Part shown: piece by piece, positions 48,134-59,026 of the stretch
Position numbering within the stretch: position 1 is the stretch's first letter
Layout of the letters: each line of letters opens with the position of its first letter
Assembly (NCBI GenBank): GCA_964605145.1
Contig: CAZSBG010000003.1
Coordinates: 55,028-119,027 of the forward strand
Source of the DNA: an uncultured Cytophagia bacterium
GTDB lineage: Bacteria > Zhuqueibacterota > Zhuqueibacteria > Thermofontimicrobiales > Thermofontimicrobiaceae
Reading direction: 5' to 3'
DNA: 64,000 bases
Translations under genes and position numbers: made by a program
Notes under the pieces: model-generated
The model's database searches: none
The model's input: the letters and a program-made list of their open reading frames with translations, nothing else
Told to the model about the DNA's origin: nothing

Positions 48134-48904
48134 TTATTCCGCATGTTCCGCGTGCTCACTAAAATTATCGCGTTCCCACAGCTTGGCATATTTGGTGAAC
48201 ACATAATTGGCTGAAAAAACGCATAGCAGAAATCCCTGGATTCCATCGAGGAATCCCCGCTTCAAAATATACATTTTGAAAAATGCAAACAGGGGCCTGA
48301 ACAGCAGATCACTGAGTCTAAATGTTTTATTCCGCGCTGCCAGATCGTCGATGGCCAGCGATGTGTACCGGTTGAATTTGGTGTAGTAATGTTCGATATT
48401 TCGATCCGTGAAATGCAGGAGATCGTGCTGCAACCGGCCGCGCGGTTTTTCGAACTGCAAACCTTCGTGCACGCTGGAATTATCAAACGTCGCGGTCCCG
48501 CGCTTGAACAAGCGCAGTACATAACCGGGGTACCAGCCGCAATGCTTGATCCAGCGACCCAAAAAATACGCCTTTCGCGGGATTTCATAGCCATCGAATT
48601 CCCCGTTCCCTGCAACTATATTTTCAATTTCTTCTCTCAGGCCGTCGGTCACACGCTCATCCGCATCGATCCACAAAATCCAGTCCGACGTGGTTTGTTC
48701 CAGCGCAAAATTTTTAGCGGCCGCATAGCCCTGCCAGTCCACATCAAAAACTTTTTCGGTATATTGTGCGGCAATGTCCCTTGTTCGGTCGGCGCTGTGG
48801 GAATCGACAATGACGATTTCATCGGCCCATTTCACCGATTCCAGGCATTCTCCGATGTTGCGCTCTTCGTTCAGCGTGATTATTATCGCGGAAATGCTGC
48901 TCAA
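48134..48904 (-). CDS. Family 2 glycosyltransferase (LPS-core KdtX/WaaE-like)
   Basis: ISAIIITLNEERNIGECLESVKWADEIVIVDS...IDADE (DxD motif). It is a paralog of 53208-53966. Confidence 0.8.
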   Translation of the reverse strand: MSSISAIIITLNEERNIGECLESVKWADEIVIVDSHSADRTRDIAAQYTEKVFDVDWQGYAAAKNFALEQTTSDWILWIDADERVTDGLREEIENIVAGNGEFDGYEIPRKAYFLGRWIKHCGWYPGYVLRLFKRGTATFDNSSVHEGLQFEKPRGRLQHDLLHFTDRNIEHYYTKFNRYTSLAIDDLAARNKTFRLSDLLFRPLFAFFKMYILKRGFLDGIQGFLLCVFSANYVFTKYAKLWERDNFSEHAEHAE

Positions 48905-50046
48905 ACCGTCTCCCGTTTCAATTCACCGTTTCTGAATTTCTCATAATAATTTTTGATGTGCCCAAAGAATTCATCCATGTTCAACTCATCGATGCAGCGG
49001 AAATAATTACAGAGCGAATCCCAGCAGGGTGCGCAATCGACGCTGGAGACAATTTTCACGCCGCGGTCGTACAGGTCAATTTCCTGGGGACAGCTCATAC
49101 CAAACCAGGCAATCACATGCTTTTTCAATCCGATGGCTGCGTGCATGCCAAACGTATCGCCGGTGATGACGAGATCCGCCAGGTTGATGAAACACAATCC
49201 TTTTCTCAGTCCCATGGTCGTCGGCGTGCTGATGACCGGCCCGCGAATTTCGGCAGCAATTTGCTCGTTTCGCTCGGTATCTTCTTTGCCGCCCAAAAGC
49301 AGCACTTTCGTTTCCGGCAATTCAGCGAAAATTTGATTGATCAGTTCAATATGCTGGTCAATTTTCATTTTCTTCTGGGGCCACTTGGCGGAACAGCCGG
49401 TGTTGAAACCAATGACAAAATCGTCCGTTGAAATTCCATTTTCTGTTCGATATTTTTGGCAGAACGCCTTTTCTGCGAATGATAAATTCAGAATATACTC
49501 ATCCCGCTGAAATTCCAGATCGAATGTCTCGGCTAAAATATGCTGGCCGGTTCGTTGATTTTCGAAGAATTTGTAATGGTCGTCCAGTCCCAGTTTGTAA
49601 TTGTAAATGGCTCCCTCGTTCAGTGCAATCACCGCGCCGTTTTCGTTGATGCCAAATCCCATTTTCTTTTCAGCGTGCAGGCGATTGATGAAAGCGCCGG
49701 AGTTCTGATTTTTGTCCGCGTTCAACACAACATCGAATTGCATCTCCCCGAGGATGAGCCGCGTTTCATCGTCCCAGCGGTAAATTTTGTCGATGAGCGG
49801 ATTGTGCAGCAGCAGCGGATACGCATTGGGCAGCGTAATCCAACTGATGAAGCTCTGCGGATATTTTTTCTTCAGCGCCGGAAGCTGGGCCGTGGTCATA
49901 ATCACATCGCCCATGGCGTCCAGATTGATGATAAGAATTTTGGTGCCGAACGGCCGTTCATCTTTGCATTCCAGGCATTTTTTACCTGGCTCGCAGGGGC
50001 TGTAGCCGGTGAATGTTTTGCATTGCGGAATTCGGAGATTCATCAA
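48901..50046 (-). CDS. Family 9 glycosyltransferase (ADP-heptose:LPS heptosyltransferase-like) with a Cys-rich N-terminal extension
   Basis: ILIINLDAMGDVIMTTAQLPALKKKYP is a GT9 signature. The N-terminus CKTFTGYSPCEPGKKCLECKDE carries 4 Cys. Confidence 0.75.
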   Translation of the reverse strand: MMNLRIPQCKTFTGYSPCEPGKKCLECKDERPFGTKILIINLDAMGDVIMTTAQLPALKKKYPQSFISWITLPNAYPLLLHNPLIDKIYRWDDETRLILGEMQFDVVLNADKNQNSGAFINRLHAEKKMGFGINENGAVIALNEGAIYNYKLGLDDHYKFFENQRTGQHILAETFDLEFQRDEYILNLSFAEKAFCQKYRTENGISTDDFVIGFNTGCSAKWPQKKMKIDQHIELINQIFAELPETKVLLLGGKEDTERNEQIAAEIRGPVISTPTTMGLRKGLCFINLADLVITGDTFGMHAAIGLKKHVIAWFGMSCPQEIDLYDRGVKIVSSVDCAPCWDSLCNYFRCIDELNMDEFFGHIKNYYEKFRNGELKRETV

Positions 50047-51164
50047 CGTTGATTTCCCTTTCTTAAATTAACGGTTTGCTGAAAAAACAGTGATTCGTAA
50101 TGATCGATCATTCGATTGAGAGTGAATTTTTCATCCACGACTTTTTTCCCGTTTTCCCCCATTGTTTTTGCCAGGGCTGGATTTTGAATTAATTTTGAAA
50201 TCGCCTCAGCTAATTGCGCTGAATCTTTCGGCGGCACCACAAAACCGGTTTTTTCATGAATAACAATTTCAGGCATGCTGCTGATTTGCGTGGTGACGCA
50301 CGGCTTGCCCGCTGCCATGGCTTCGATGAGAACAATGCCGAAACCCTCCCACAGCGAAGGCAGCACCAGCATGTTTATCGTTCGCATAATGTCCGGCGTG
50401 TCTTTGCGGAATCCCAGAACATGAATACGTTCGGTCAAACGATTTACGTTAGAAAAGGCTCGGATAGTCGCGTCTAAATCGCCCTGTCCTGTCATCAGCA
50501 AATGCGCATTTTCGTGACTGTCCGCAACCTTTTTGAATGCTTCCAGCAGATACACAATTCCTTTTTGCACGTTCAATCGACCGACGAATCCGATGACGGG
50601 TGCATCCGAAGGAAGATTCAGCGATTCCCGCAAATCCCTGGTGCGATGATTTTGAAACCAGTCCGGTTCAATGCCATTGTAAATGACGTGTATTCGATCC
50701 GGATCGAGCCACGGTGCGTTGGAAATCAGCGTGTTTTTGGTGGATTCCGAATTTGCCACGATCACATCCGCGAGACTGTTGTAGGTGAACCGATAATGCA
50801 GCCTGTTTTTCAGCGGCGTATCAATTCCCCGGCGGGAAAAGATGATGGGTTTTCCGCCAAAACGAGACGCGATTCCGCTGATTCGAAGTTCTTTATCCAT
50901 GTTGGTCAGCACAATATCGATATTGCGCTTTCGCATCAATTTCGCCATTTGATAAATGGTCACCGGATCGAAATCACCGCGGATGCGCATTGGGACGACG
51001 TCAATTCCCTGCTCCCGTGCATGGGGAAACATGTCCGCGTCCTTTCGGCACACTAGCGTGACGCGATGCCCGCGCCTTCGCAGTTCCGAGAGCGCTGTCA
51101 CCATCCATACTTCGCCGCCGCCGTACATCTGCACAGAATTGATAAAGAGAATATTCAGCTTCAT
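50043..51164 (-). CDS. Family 4 glycosyltransferase
   Basis: EGFGIVLIEAMAAGKPCVTT (E-x7-E region) and GT-B architecture; 373 aa. Confidence 0.85.
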   Translation of the reverse strand: MKLNILFINSVQMYGGGEVWMVTALSELRRRGHRVTLVCRKDADMFPHAREQGIDVVPMRIRGDFDPVTIYQMAKLMRKRNIDIVLTNMDKELRISGIASRFGGKPIIFSRRGIDTPLKNRLHYRFTYNSLADVIVANSESTKNTLISNAPWLDPDRIHVIYNGIEPDWFQNHRTRDLRESLNLPSDAPVIGFVGRLNVQKGIVYLLEAFKKVADSHENAHLLMTGQGDLDATIRAFSNVNRLTERIHVLGFRKDTPDIMRTINMLVLPSLWEGFGIVLIEAMAAGKPCVTTQISSMPEIVIHEKTGFVVPPKDSAQLAEAISKLIQNPALAKTMGENGKKVVDEKFTLNRMIDHYESLFFQQTVNLRKGNQR

Positions 51165-51166
51165 AA

Positions 51167-53077
51167 TTACCGACGGAATTGTAAATCATACAACATTTTA
51201 TAAACACCCTGCTGATCGAGAAGTTCTTCATGCGTGCCGGACTGGACGATTCTGCCCTCTTTCAACACCAAAATTCGATCCACATTTTGAACTGTGGACA
51301 ATCGGTGCGCAATCACGATGGTGGTGCGGTCTTTCATGAGATTTTCGATGGCTTCCTGCACCAGCAGTTCCGACTCTGTATCCAGCGACGACGTGGCCTC
51401 ATCAAAAATGAGAATGGGCGGATTCTTCAAAATCGCGCGCGCAATGGATATTCGCTGCCGTTGCCCGCCGGACAATTTCACCCCGCGATCGCCAATGATT
51501 GTGTCGTATCCTTCAGGCATATCCAGGATGAACTCGTGCGCGTTTGCGGCTTTCGTCGCCTGAAAAATCTGTTCATCCGAAATATATGACATGCCATAAG
51601 CAATATTGTTCCGAACCGTGTCATTGAATAAAATGATTTCCTGGGTTACGATGCCCATCTGGCTGCGCAGTGAATGTAATTTTACCTGCGAAATATCCAC
51701 GCCGTCGATGGTGAGGTTCCCTTTCACCGGATCGTAAAATCTCGGAATTAAATCCACGAGTGTGGATTTACCTGCGCCGCTGGGACCAACCAGCGCCACT
51801 ACTTCGCCGGGCTTCACCTCAAAATTTATATCGGAAAGAACCCATTCTTCATCCTTATACGCAAAAGATACATCATGAAAAACGACGTGGCCCCGGGGTT
51901 CGGACAGTTTTAGTTTGCCGGTATTTTCGACTTCCTCGATGGGACTGTCGAGTACCCGGAAAATTCGTTCCGCAGCAGCCAATCCTTCCTGAATGCTATT
52001 ATTCACTCCGCTCAGCGCTTTGATGGGATGAACCAGCGAAAAAATACAGACCAGAAAAAGGATGAAATACTCCGCGTCCAATCCCTGTCCGCTGAGCACC
52101 TGGGTGCCGCCGTACCATAGAATGACCAATCCTACTAACACGGAGAGCTGTTCCGTGAGCGGCGATGACAGCTTTTGGATGGCTGCGATTTTAAAGACAT
52201 CCCGGAACCATCTTTCGGATTCCCGTTTGAACCGTTCGATCTCGAATTTTTCCATGGCAAACGCCTTGACCACACGAATGCCGCTCACTGTTTCCTGCAA
52301 AATGGATGTGAGCACCGCCATTTTTTCCTGCTGCCGCGTGCTGTATTTGCGGAGCTTTTTACCGATTCGGATAATCACCACCATACTCAACGGCAGCACC
52401 GTAAATGCGATAATGGTCAGTTTCCAGCTAATGACCAACGCCATACCGAGATACATCATAATCAAAATTGGGTCACGTGAAAGATTGGTGAAACTGACGT
52501 TGATTCCCTTGTTGGCGATCTCCACGTCGTTGGTCACGCGGGAAATGAGCTGGCCGGCGCGACGTTTGTGAAAATAACTCAGCGGCAATCGCTGGAATCG
52601 ACTGAACAGATCATCGCGAATATTTTTCATCACGCGCCGTTCGATGTACGCCATAGTAAACGCCTGGCCATAACCGAAAATATTCTTCAGCAGAAAAAGC
52701 ATGAAAAAGACGAACACAATACGACGCAGCGAGGCCATTTTCGTGCCCGCCATCAAATGCGTATCGACTTTTTCCTGCAACTCCGCGCGAAGCCTTTTCA
52801 GCAGATTCATTTTATTCTGAACATTTTCAACGGCATCACGCGGGCTGGCTTCCACATTGGCATTCGAAGAAAAGGAATCGCCGTTTGCCACCGCCTGCAC
52901 TGAAGTCGTCTGATTCACCTGCGGCATGTCCACGGAAAACAATGTCCCCAGAAACGGCGCAATCATCCAGATGGATACACTGCTCAGCACAGCAAAAATC
53001 ACCATACAAATGATGGAAACAATTAGCCAGCTAATGTAGGGCTTGATATATTTTAAAAGCCGAAAATAGAGTTTCAT
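51167..53077 (-). CDS. msbA: ABC transporter permease/ATPase, MsbA-like lipid A/lipid exporter
   Basis: Six-TM permease domain followed by an NBD with Walker A GPSGAGKST, signature LSGGQRQRISIARA and Walker B ILIFDEATSSLD. There is a ~60-aa insertion after TM1. Confidence 0.8.
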   Translation of the reverse strand: MKLYFRLLKYIKPYISWLIVSIICMVIFAVLSSVSIWMIAPFLGTLFSVDMPQVNQTTSVQAVANGDSFSSNANVEASPRDAVENVQNKMNLLKRLRAELQEKVDTHLMAGTKMASLRRIVFVFFMLFLLKNIFGYGQAFTMAYIERRVMKNIRDDLFSRFQRLPLSYFHKRRAGQLISRVTNDVEIANKGINVSFTNLSRDPILIMMYLGMALVISWKLTIIAFTVLPLSMVVIIRIGKKLRKYSTRQQEKMAVLTSILQETVSGIRVVKAFAMEKFEIERFKRESERWFRDVFKIAAIQKLSSPLTEQLSVLVGLVILWYGGTQVLSGQGLDAEYFILFLVCIFSLVHPIKALSGVNNSIQEGLAAAERIFRVLDSPIEEVENTGKLKLSEPRGHVVFHDVSFAYKDEEWVLSDINFEVKPGEVVALVGPSGAGKSTLVDLIPRFYDPVKGNLTIDGVDISQVKLHSLRSQMGIVTQEIILFNDTVRNNIAYGMSYISDEQIFQATKAANAHEFILDMPEGYDTIIGDRGVKLSGGQRQRISIARAILKNPPILIFDEATSSLDTESELLVQEAIENLMKDRTTIVIAHRLSTVQNVDRILVLKEGRIVQSGTHEELLDQQGVYKMLYDLQFRR

Positions 53078-53207
53078 TTTTGACAGTCGTTAGTAGTTAG
53101 GTGTAAGGTGTTAGCACAAGACTTATAACTAACTACTAACACCTAATAACTTTTCCTTTTTTTAAATTTAAACTGGGCACAATTGAATTTACACAATTCA
53201 GCAACAC

Positions 53208-53966
53208 TCAACTTTTCCTCTGCAATTCCCACAGCTTCATATACAATGCCATTTTAACGGTTGCTGAAATGAGCGCTAAAATGAATCCCTGGATGCCATC
53301 GCGATAGCCCTGATGCACAAAAAATTGCCGTGCGAACGCAGAAAAAGGATGCACGACAAAATGATACCAGCGAACCGTCTTTTTCTTCTTTCGCTCGAAC
53401 CGATCCAGCGCTTCCAGGCTGGAATAGCGGTTCATTCGCTTCAGGCTTTCCTCGACCGAGGGATGCGTGTAATGCAGCAAATCGCCCTGCAAATATCCGA
53501 CGCTACCCTCCACGAGAAATCCTTCGTGTACGCGCGATGTACTGACCTTCGTTTTCTCCCGCCTGAATAAGCGAAGCTGGTACCCGGGATACCACCCTGA
53601 GTGGCGGATATCTTTCCCCAGAAAGTAGCTCAACCGGGGAATCTTGTAGCCGTCTTCAGTTTTATTTTCTTCAGTCAGAATTTGCTGGATTTCTTCACGA
53701 AGCCCCGGGGTTACCCGCTCGTCGGCATCGATGCTCAGCACCCAGTCATGGGTCGCCTTGTCGAGCGCAAACTGTTTCTGTGCGGCGAATCCCGGCCATT
53801 CGCGCTCAAAAATTTTATCGGTAAATTCTCTGCAAATGGAAACAGTGCTGTCGCTGCTGTTCGCGTCCACGACAATAATTTCGTCGGCCCAGCGAACGCT
53901 CTCCAGGCAGTCGCGAATGTTTTTTTCCTCATTTTGAGTAATAATGATGACCGATATTTTTTTCAT
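53208..53966 (-). CDS. Family 2 glycosyltransferase (paralog of 48134-48904)
   Basis: ISVIIITQNEEKNIRDCLESVRWADEIIVVDANSSD...IDADE. Confidence 0.8.
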   Translation of the reverse strand: MKKISVIIITQNEEKNIRDCLESVRWADEIIVVDANSSDSTVSICREFTDKIFEREWPGFAAQKQFALDKATHDWVLSIDADERVTPGLREEIQQILTEENKTEDGYKIPRLSYFLGKDIRHSGWYPGYQLRLFRREKTKVSTSRVHEGFLVEGSVGYLQGDLLHYTHPSVEESLKRMNRYSSLEALDRFERKKKKTVRWYHFVVHPFSAFARQFFVHQGYRDGIQGFILALISATVKMALYMKLWELQRKS

Positions 53967-55021
53967 ACGAAATCCGTCGATTCAAGATTATTCTTGGCCA
54001 TGCATTGTACCACTGCGTCCCATACTTCTTCGACAGTAAGTTTTTCCATGCACTGTAAATCGTCGCAATCGGTTTTACGGCAACCCAAACAGGGTAAATC
54101 AGTTTTTTGAACCGTCACATTTTTCGGTCCCCACGGTCCCTGCAACCGCGGCTTGGTCGGGCCGAAAACGCCGACTGTGGGCGTGCCAACTGCGGCGGAA
54201 ATATGCATGGGACTGGTATCGTTGCTGATTACGATGCTGCAATGTTTAAGCAGTGCTGCCAACTGTTTCAGCGTTGTTTTCGGCGCGACCAGCGCCGGTT
54301 GATTCATTTTCCTGAGAATGGATTCAGCAACGGGCTGCTCGCCAGGCCCCCAGACAAGAATAATCTTTGCGTTGAATTGCTCGGTCAGGCGATCCGCAAG
54401 CGCAGCGTATTTTTCCAGAGGCCAGCTTTTTGCTTTCCAACTGGCGCAGCCATTGATTCCCACGAGAAACGAATTTTCCAGTTTTCGTTCTTTCAAATAC
54501 GCATCGATGAAAGCCAGATCGCTCTCGCCAATCGGGAAGAACAAGTCTTTGGTTACCACAGGAATGCCGATGCGAATCAGCGCATCCAGATTGAACTCCA
54601 CCTCGTGGACATCGTTGCTTCGGTGCACAACCCGGTGCGTATAAAAATGCTTTCGTCCCCGAAAATCAAAACCAACGCGATATTGCGCTCCTGTCACGGT
54701 CGTCAAAAACGCAGAGCGGGCGTTCCCGTACAAATCGATCACCAAATCGTATCGCGCCCTGGCCAATCGCGACAAATACTGGCAGGTCGCCTTCATCCCG
54801 GTAAACGTTTGCAACCGATGATGTCCCTTGGGCTGAATCCAAATAACCTCATTTATATCGGGATTCCCCTCCACCACCGGGGTGCAATATTTCATTGTTA
54901 AAAAATCAATGTGCGCATCGGGAAAGGTTTGGCGGAAATTGGGAATGACTGCCGTGGACATGACCACATCACCGATTGCCTGCAATTTTATGATTAAAAT
55001 TCTCCGGATATTTTTGAGCAT
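53963..55021 (-). CDS. Family 9 glycosyltransferase (heptosyltransferase-like)
   Basis: ILIIKLQAIGDVVMSTAVIPNFRQTFPDAHIDFLT; 352 aa. Confidence 0.8.
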   Translation of the reverse strand: MLKNIRRILIIKLQAIGDVVMSTAVIPNFRQTFPDAHIDFLTMKYCTPVVEGNPDINEVIWIQPKGHHRLQTFTGMKATCQYLSRLARARYDLVIDLYGNARSAFLTTVTGAQYRVGFDFRGRKHFYTHRVVHRSNDVHEVEFNLDALIRIGIPVVTKDLFFPIGESDLAFIDAYLKERKLENSFLVGINGCASWKAKSWPLEKYAALADRLTEQFNAKIILVWGPGEQPVAESILRKMNQPALVAPKTTLKQLAALLKHCSIVISNDTSPMHISAAVGTPTVGVFGPTKPRLQGPWGPKNVTVQKTDLPCLGCRKTDCDDLQCMEKLTVEEVWDAVVQCMAKNNLESTDFV

Positions 55022-55243
55022 TGGAAAAGGTACGAAAAATTTAGTCGAGATTCAAGGTATTTTTTTGGGATTTAGAATGTTATAAGGCATGATATTGCCA
55101 CGCACGAGGGTGCAAACAAGCGGCAGGATTGTCGAAAATACGAAAACGCAATACCCAAACATCAAATAAATCGCAAATTCAAAAATCCAATTTCATGCAC
55201 GATTTTTAGAAATTCAAAAGCTTGAAACTGACAATTTATTCTT

Positions 55244-56683
55244 CTAAAGCGCCAGCGCTTTTCTATCGTCCTGCACAATTTCATTTATGACATCGTCTTT
55301 AACCAGTGCGATGTGGGGACTCACCGAGGCGAGCGTTTTCAAAATCTGGCTCGTCCACGTGTACTGGTTCAATATTTTTTGCAGGCCATTCGTGCGAATC
55401 TGCTGCTTTTCCGTTTCGCTGAGGGCCTGAATTTTCTGAATGGTTTTCACCACATCGTCCACGTCGTCCTGTTTGGTGATAAATCCATCGGCACCATTTT
55501 CCACCTGCTCCGGTAATCCGCCGGTATCGGACACAACTAACAGCGGCCCGGACTTTCTGGCGTGCATGCGAATTTCCATGGGCGTGAGTCCGCACGGTTC
55601 CAAATAAGCCAGAATTGGCGTGACCAGCGTGTTTTCCCACTGAAGCAGGCAGGCGGCTAATTCAGAGTCAAACGCGAAAATGAGGGACATGTCTGGATTC
55701 AATTCATCCCGAAGCTTTACCAGCTCTTCGGAAGCCGGCGAAACGACGACGACGGTGTGCATTTCGTCCTTCAATTTCGCACCGACTTTTATAACCAAAT
55801 CGAATCGTTTATAAGGCACGGTGCGGCCCCAGGAGAAAATCAGTTTTTTATCCAGTGGAATTTTGTATTGCTCCAATTTTTGAATGATTTCCTCCCTCGC
55901 TCGCAGCCTGAAATAGTGATCTGCCGGATTCAATCCATTGCCGGTGGGAACCGTATCCGAACGCCGCGCAGCGTAATCCAGCACCAAATGGCCCCGAATA
56001 AACTCGCTGATGTACCCGATTTTCACCGACGGATTGATTTTACCCCATTGAATGGTCGCGCATTCGGCCATGAGCCGATCCGGATTGGGCCGCGGCAATT
56101 CGTGCGTCAGCGCTGTGGAATGCACGACGTAAATGGCCCGAATATCCGTTCCGAACGCTTCTGCCTGAAGCGACGCGTACAAAGCCGTCAGGGCAAAGAC
56201 GCAATCGTGACAGTAAATGACGGCTGCCTGATGCTGTTTAGCATAATTCAACGCCACGGTGGCCGCCGACGCGCACGCCGCTTTCCACTTGTCCACCGGG
56301 CCAAGATCTTCCTCTCCCCAGGCGGTATGCGGCTGCTCACCCCAACTGTAATTGGCCAGATAGGCTATTTCACCGCCCATATTTTTCACTGCTTCCATTG
56401 CGTATGCTTCGTACTTTTTGTCCCGCCGCGGATGGTCGTCCGCGTACGCGATCTCTGCGAAATAGGGCGTCACATTAATGTTAAAATTTTTCAGATGGTG
56501 CTGCACGTATGTCAGAGCTTTTAGGTGTCCGCGCGTTACCGTGCACACGCCGCCGCCAAATATCTGAATTCCCTCAAAAGTAATATGAATAATTGCCAGA
56601 TCGAGACCTCGATCTTCTGGCGATAATTGTGATACCATTTCCGGATCGAGTTCAAATATGCTGTTCATTTTCCATTCCCGCAA
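55244..56683 (-). CDS. GT-B fold glycosyltransferase (GT4-like)
   Basis: C-terminal EPCGLTPMEIRMHARKSGPLLVVSDTGGLPEQVENG resembles the GT4 E-x7-E nucleotide-sugar-binding region; 479 aa. Confidence 0.55.
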   Translation of the reverse strand: MREWKMNSIFELDPEMVSQLSPEDRGLDLAIIHITFEGIQIFGGGVCTVTRGHLKALTYVQHHLKNFNINVTPYFAEIAYADDHPRRDKKYEAYAMEAVKNMGGEIAYLANYSWGEQPHTAWGEEDLGPVDKWKAACASAATVALNYAKQHQAAVIYCHDCVFALTALYASLQAEAFGTDIRAIYVVHSTALTHELPRPNPDRLMAECATIQWGKINPSVKIGYISEFIRGHLVLDYAARRSDTVPTGNGLNPADHYFRLRAREEIIQKLEQYKIPLDKKLIFSWGRTVPYKRFDLVIKVGAKLKDEMHTVVVVSPASEELVKLRDELNPDMSLIFAFDSELAACLLQWENTLVTPILAYLEPCGLTPMEIRMHARKSGPLLVVSDTGGLPEQVENGADGFITKQDDVDDVVKTIQKIQALSETEKQQIRTNGLQKILNQYTWTSQILKTLASVSPHIALVKDDVINEIVQDDRKALAL

Positions 56684-59002
56684 TTAGTTGGTAAATTTGA
56701 AGTAAATTTTTTCTCGATTCTTCAGAATCAAACTTCCGTTGTGCTGATGCGTTCTTTCTCTCGATTGAAAAATTGCTTCGCCTGACTCTGTCACAACTGA
56801 AACTGCCTGTGCTTCCCGGCTATCCAATTCAAATCGACAAATCAGCCTGGATTCTGATTCGATTTCATACGTCAATGAAAATTGGTTTTCCTGAAACTTC
56901 AACTTATTGATGGAGTATTTTTTACCCGGCAAGAAAAATTCCTTCGGCAAATTTGGACAGAGAGAGAAAGTACTGCCATCCGCAGTGATTTCTTCGCGAA
57001 AGCCAATCAGGCTGCGGATAATGTGAATCGGCATGGTCGCGCCCCATCCGTAGCCTTCGGATCCGTATGGCTTGTCATATCCCCAACACTCGATGGATAC
57101 GCCGGGCATGGCCTCACCCTGTTGCCATTCGCGGCGATCCCAATTCCGATACACCCGGTCTGCTGTTTCGAACAACACCTCAGCCGCAAGTTTTTTGAAG
57201 CCGGTCCGCCAGCACGCTTCCAGGTACATGAAGAAAAATGAGGCCCATTCCAGCCAGTACTTCCGATTTTTTTTGAAATGCCGAAACCAGTGCGCAATGG
57301 TCGACAACTGGTCTTCTGAAAAAATACCGCAGAAAAATGGCGCCAGATTGGTGATATCGCGGTATTCGTCTTTGGACACCCAGGATTCGGTTCGCCTGTC
57401 GAAATCACAGAACCAATCCTGCTGCCACATAGCTTGAGTTTTTTCCTCGAATTGCTTTTGAAGCTGTTCCCATTTATGAGGGCTTTTCCCAAGGATTTTG
57501 GAAAAAACGCTCAACACAGCAGCGGATTGGGCCATGGCTGCCTGCAAGTCAACGGCGCGCAGGTGATCGACGATTTCCCCGCCGGTGGGCTGCTCGATCA
57601 AAAATTTAATGGAATCATCCTGACCGCTCTCCCAACTGCAATTGTACACCGCCCAGCCCTGTTCGTCCGTTCGGTTTTTCAGCCACCAATCCAGATAATT
57701 CTCCAGGTGCGGATAAAGCGATTCCAGCCAGTCCCGATCACCTGTTCGCCCAAAAATTGATTGGAAGCAATAAAACGGCCAGCACCAGGCCGGCGATGTG
57801 CCGCATTCGCTGCCGTCCTCGGAGATCATGTTCAGCGAGCCATCCTCACGAGCGCACGGCACATGAGGCCCCAGCGCATCCTGGTACAATCCTGAAATCA
57901 CCCGCTGGCTGCGCTTTGGATCGGCATAGCTCATCATCAGCATGTCCAGCGCAGTCTCGGCCAAAACAATTCGCGGCATCTGAATTTGCATGGCGTCCCA
58001 TTCCGCAGTGAAAATGCCAACCGGCTTTCGCAGGTTCATTCGCTGGGTTTCCCAGTCATACACCCAGCCGCGCTGCCAGTGCGCCGGCCAATCCCCGGAG
58101 AGCTGCGGACAGTGTTCCCAAAATGCTGCATCCTCCTCCAATTTTTCATTTCGAAGTCCTTTTAGCCGAGGAATTAACTCCCGAGCCAATTGCATCGTCT
58201 CATTCTCGCTTACGCCCCGGGTTAGAACACAATCCATTCTCCATTCAGTTCCCTCACTGAAATCAACAGGGATTTTCACCAGTGATACTATTTCTTCTTT
58301 TGGCGTGGAGCAAAACTTCGTGTCCGGCTGCGTTGAGACGTTGGCAGGATCGATATTTTCAGGTTCATCTGTAATGATATAATTATTGCACGGTTCAGAA
58401 AAATTCAGCGTGAAACAATAGCCTTCGGCAAAGCTTTTTAGCACGCTTGTTTTCAAATCGGATTTCACAGTGCCAGTCAATCCAAAATCCCATAAATTGG
58501 TCTGCCGGTATGTTAATTGAACCGATTGTTGCAGGAGCACGGTCAATTTGCTTTTGATTGAATTCGAATTTTTGACGCGGAGTTTAACCGCCAATCCTTT
58601 TTCATCCGCAAGAAAAAACTCGCATTGTAACGAAAAACCATGCCAGTTCCATGAGAATGTAAAAAGATTCTTGCTGTGATATGGTGAGTTCAGCGGAACA
58701 ACCTGTTCGTGCCAATTTACCTGCGAAAAGAGCACCTGATCGTTGATTTGAAGTCCAATATTGATGGAAGATTTGAGAAATGGTTTTAGTGCATTGGGAA
58801 ACAGCCATTCGAAACCAACTGGCGGTGAAACACGGAACACACCGCTGCGATTTGATTTCCATGTGTGAAAGGGATTGTCAAGATAACCGTACGGCGTATA
58901 ATCATGTTCAGGAAACATCGGGTTTGTTCCTTCAACCAGTTTTTTTACCATTGTATCTTCGAGGTAGGTTTTAATGTAAAAGGCCACGAACCACGTGGCC
59001 AA
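56684..59002 (-). CDS. Putative (alpha/alpha)6-barrel glycoside hydrolase (GH63/MGH1-like)
   Basis: 772 aa, rich in W/Y with acidic patches and an overall GH63-like layout. The family-level call is uncertain. The probable start is the internal Met at 58951. Confidence 0.4.
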   Translation of the reverse strand: MATWFVAFYIKTYLEDTMVKKLVEGTNPMFPEHDYTPYGYLDNPFHTWKSNRSGVFRVSPPVGFEWLFPNALKPFLKSSINIGLQINDQVLFSQVNWHEQVVPLNSPYHSKNLFTFSWNWHGFSLQCEFFLADEKGLAVKLRVKNSNSIKSKLTVLLQQSVQLTYRQTNLWDFGLTGTVKSDLKTSVLKSFAEGYCFTLNFSEPCNNYIITDEPENIDPANVSTQPDTKFCSTPKEEIVSLVKIPVDFSEGTEWRMDCVLTRGVSENETMQLARELIPRLKGLRNEKLEEDAAFWEHCPQLSGDWPAHWQRGWVYDWETQRMNLRKPVGIFTAEWDAMQIQMPRIVLAETALDMLMMSYADPKRSQRVISGLYQDALGPHVPCAREDGSLNMISEDGSECGTSPAWCWPFYCFQSIFGRTGDRDWLESLYPHLENYLDWWLKNRTDEQGWAVYNCSWESGQDDSIKFLIEQPTGGEIVDHLRAVDLQAAMAQSAAVLSVFSKILGKSPHKWEQLQKQFEEKTQAMWQQDWFCDFDRRTESWVSKDEYRDITNLAPFFCGIFSEDQLSTIAHWFRHFKKNRKYWLEWASFFFMYLEACWRTGFKKLAAEVLFETADRVYRNWDRREWQQGEAMPGVSIECWGYDKPYGSEGYGWGATMPIHIIRSLIGFREEITADGSTFSLCPNLPKEFFLPGKKYSINKLKFQENQFSLTYEIESESRLICRFELDSREAQAVSVVTESGEAIFQSRERTHQHNGSLILKNREKIYFKFTN

Positions 59003-59026
59003 AAGTCATCACAATAAGAGCTATTT

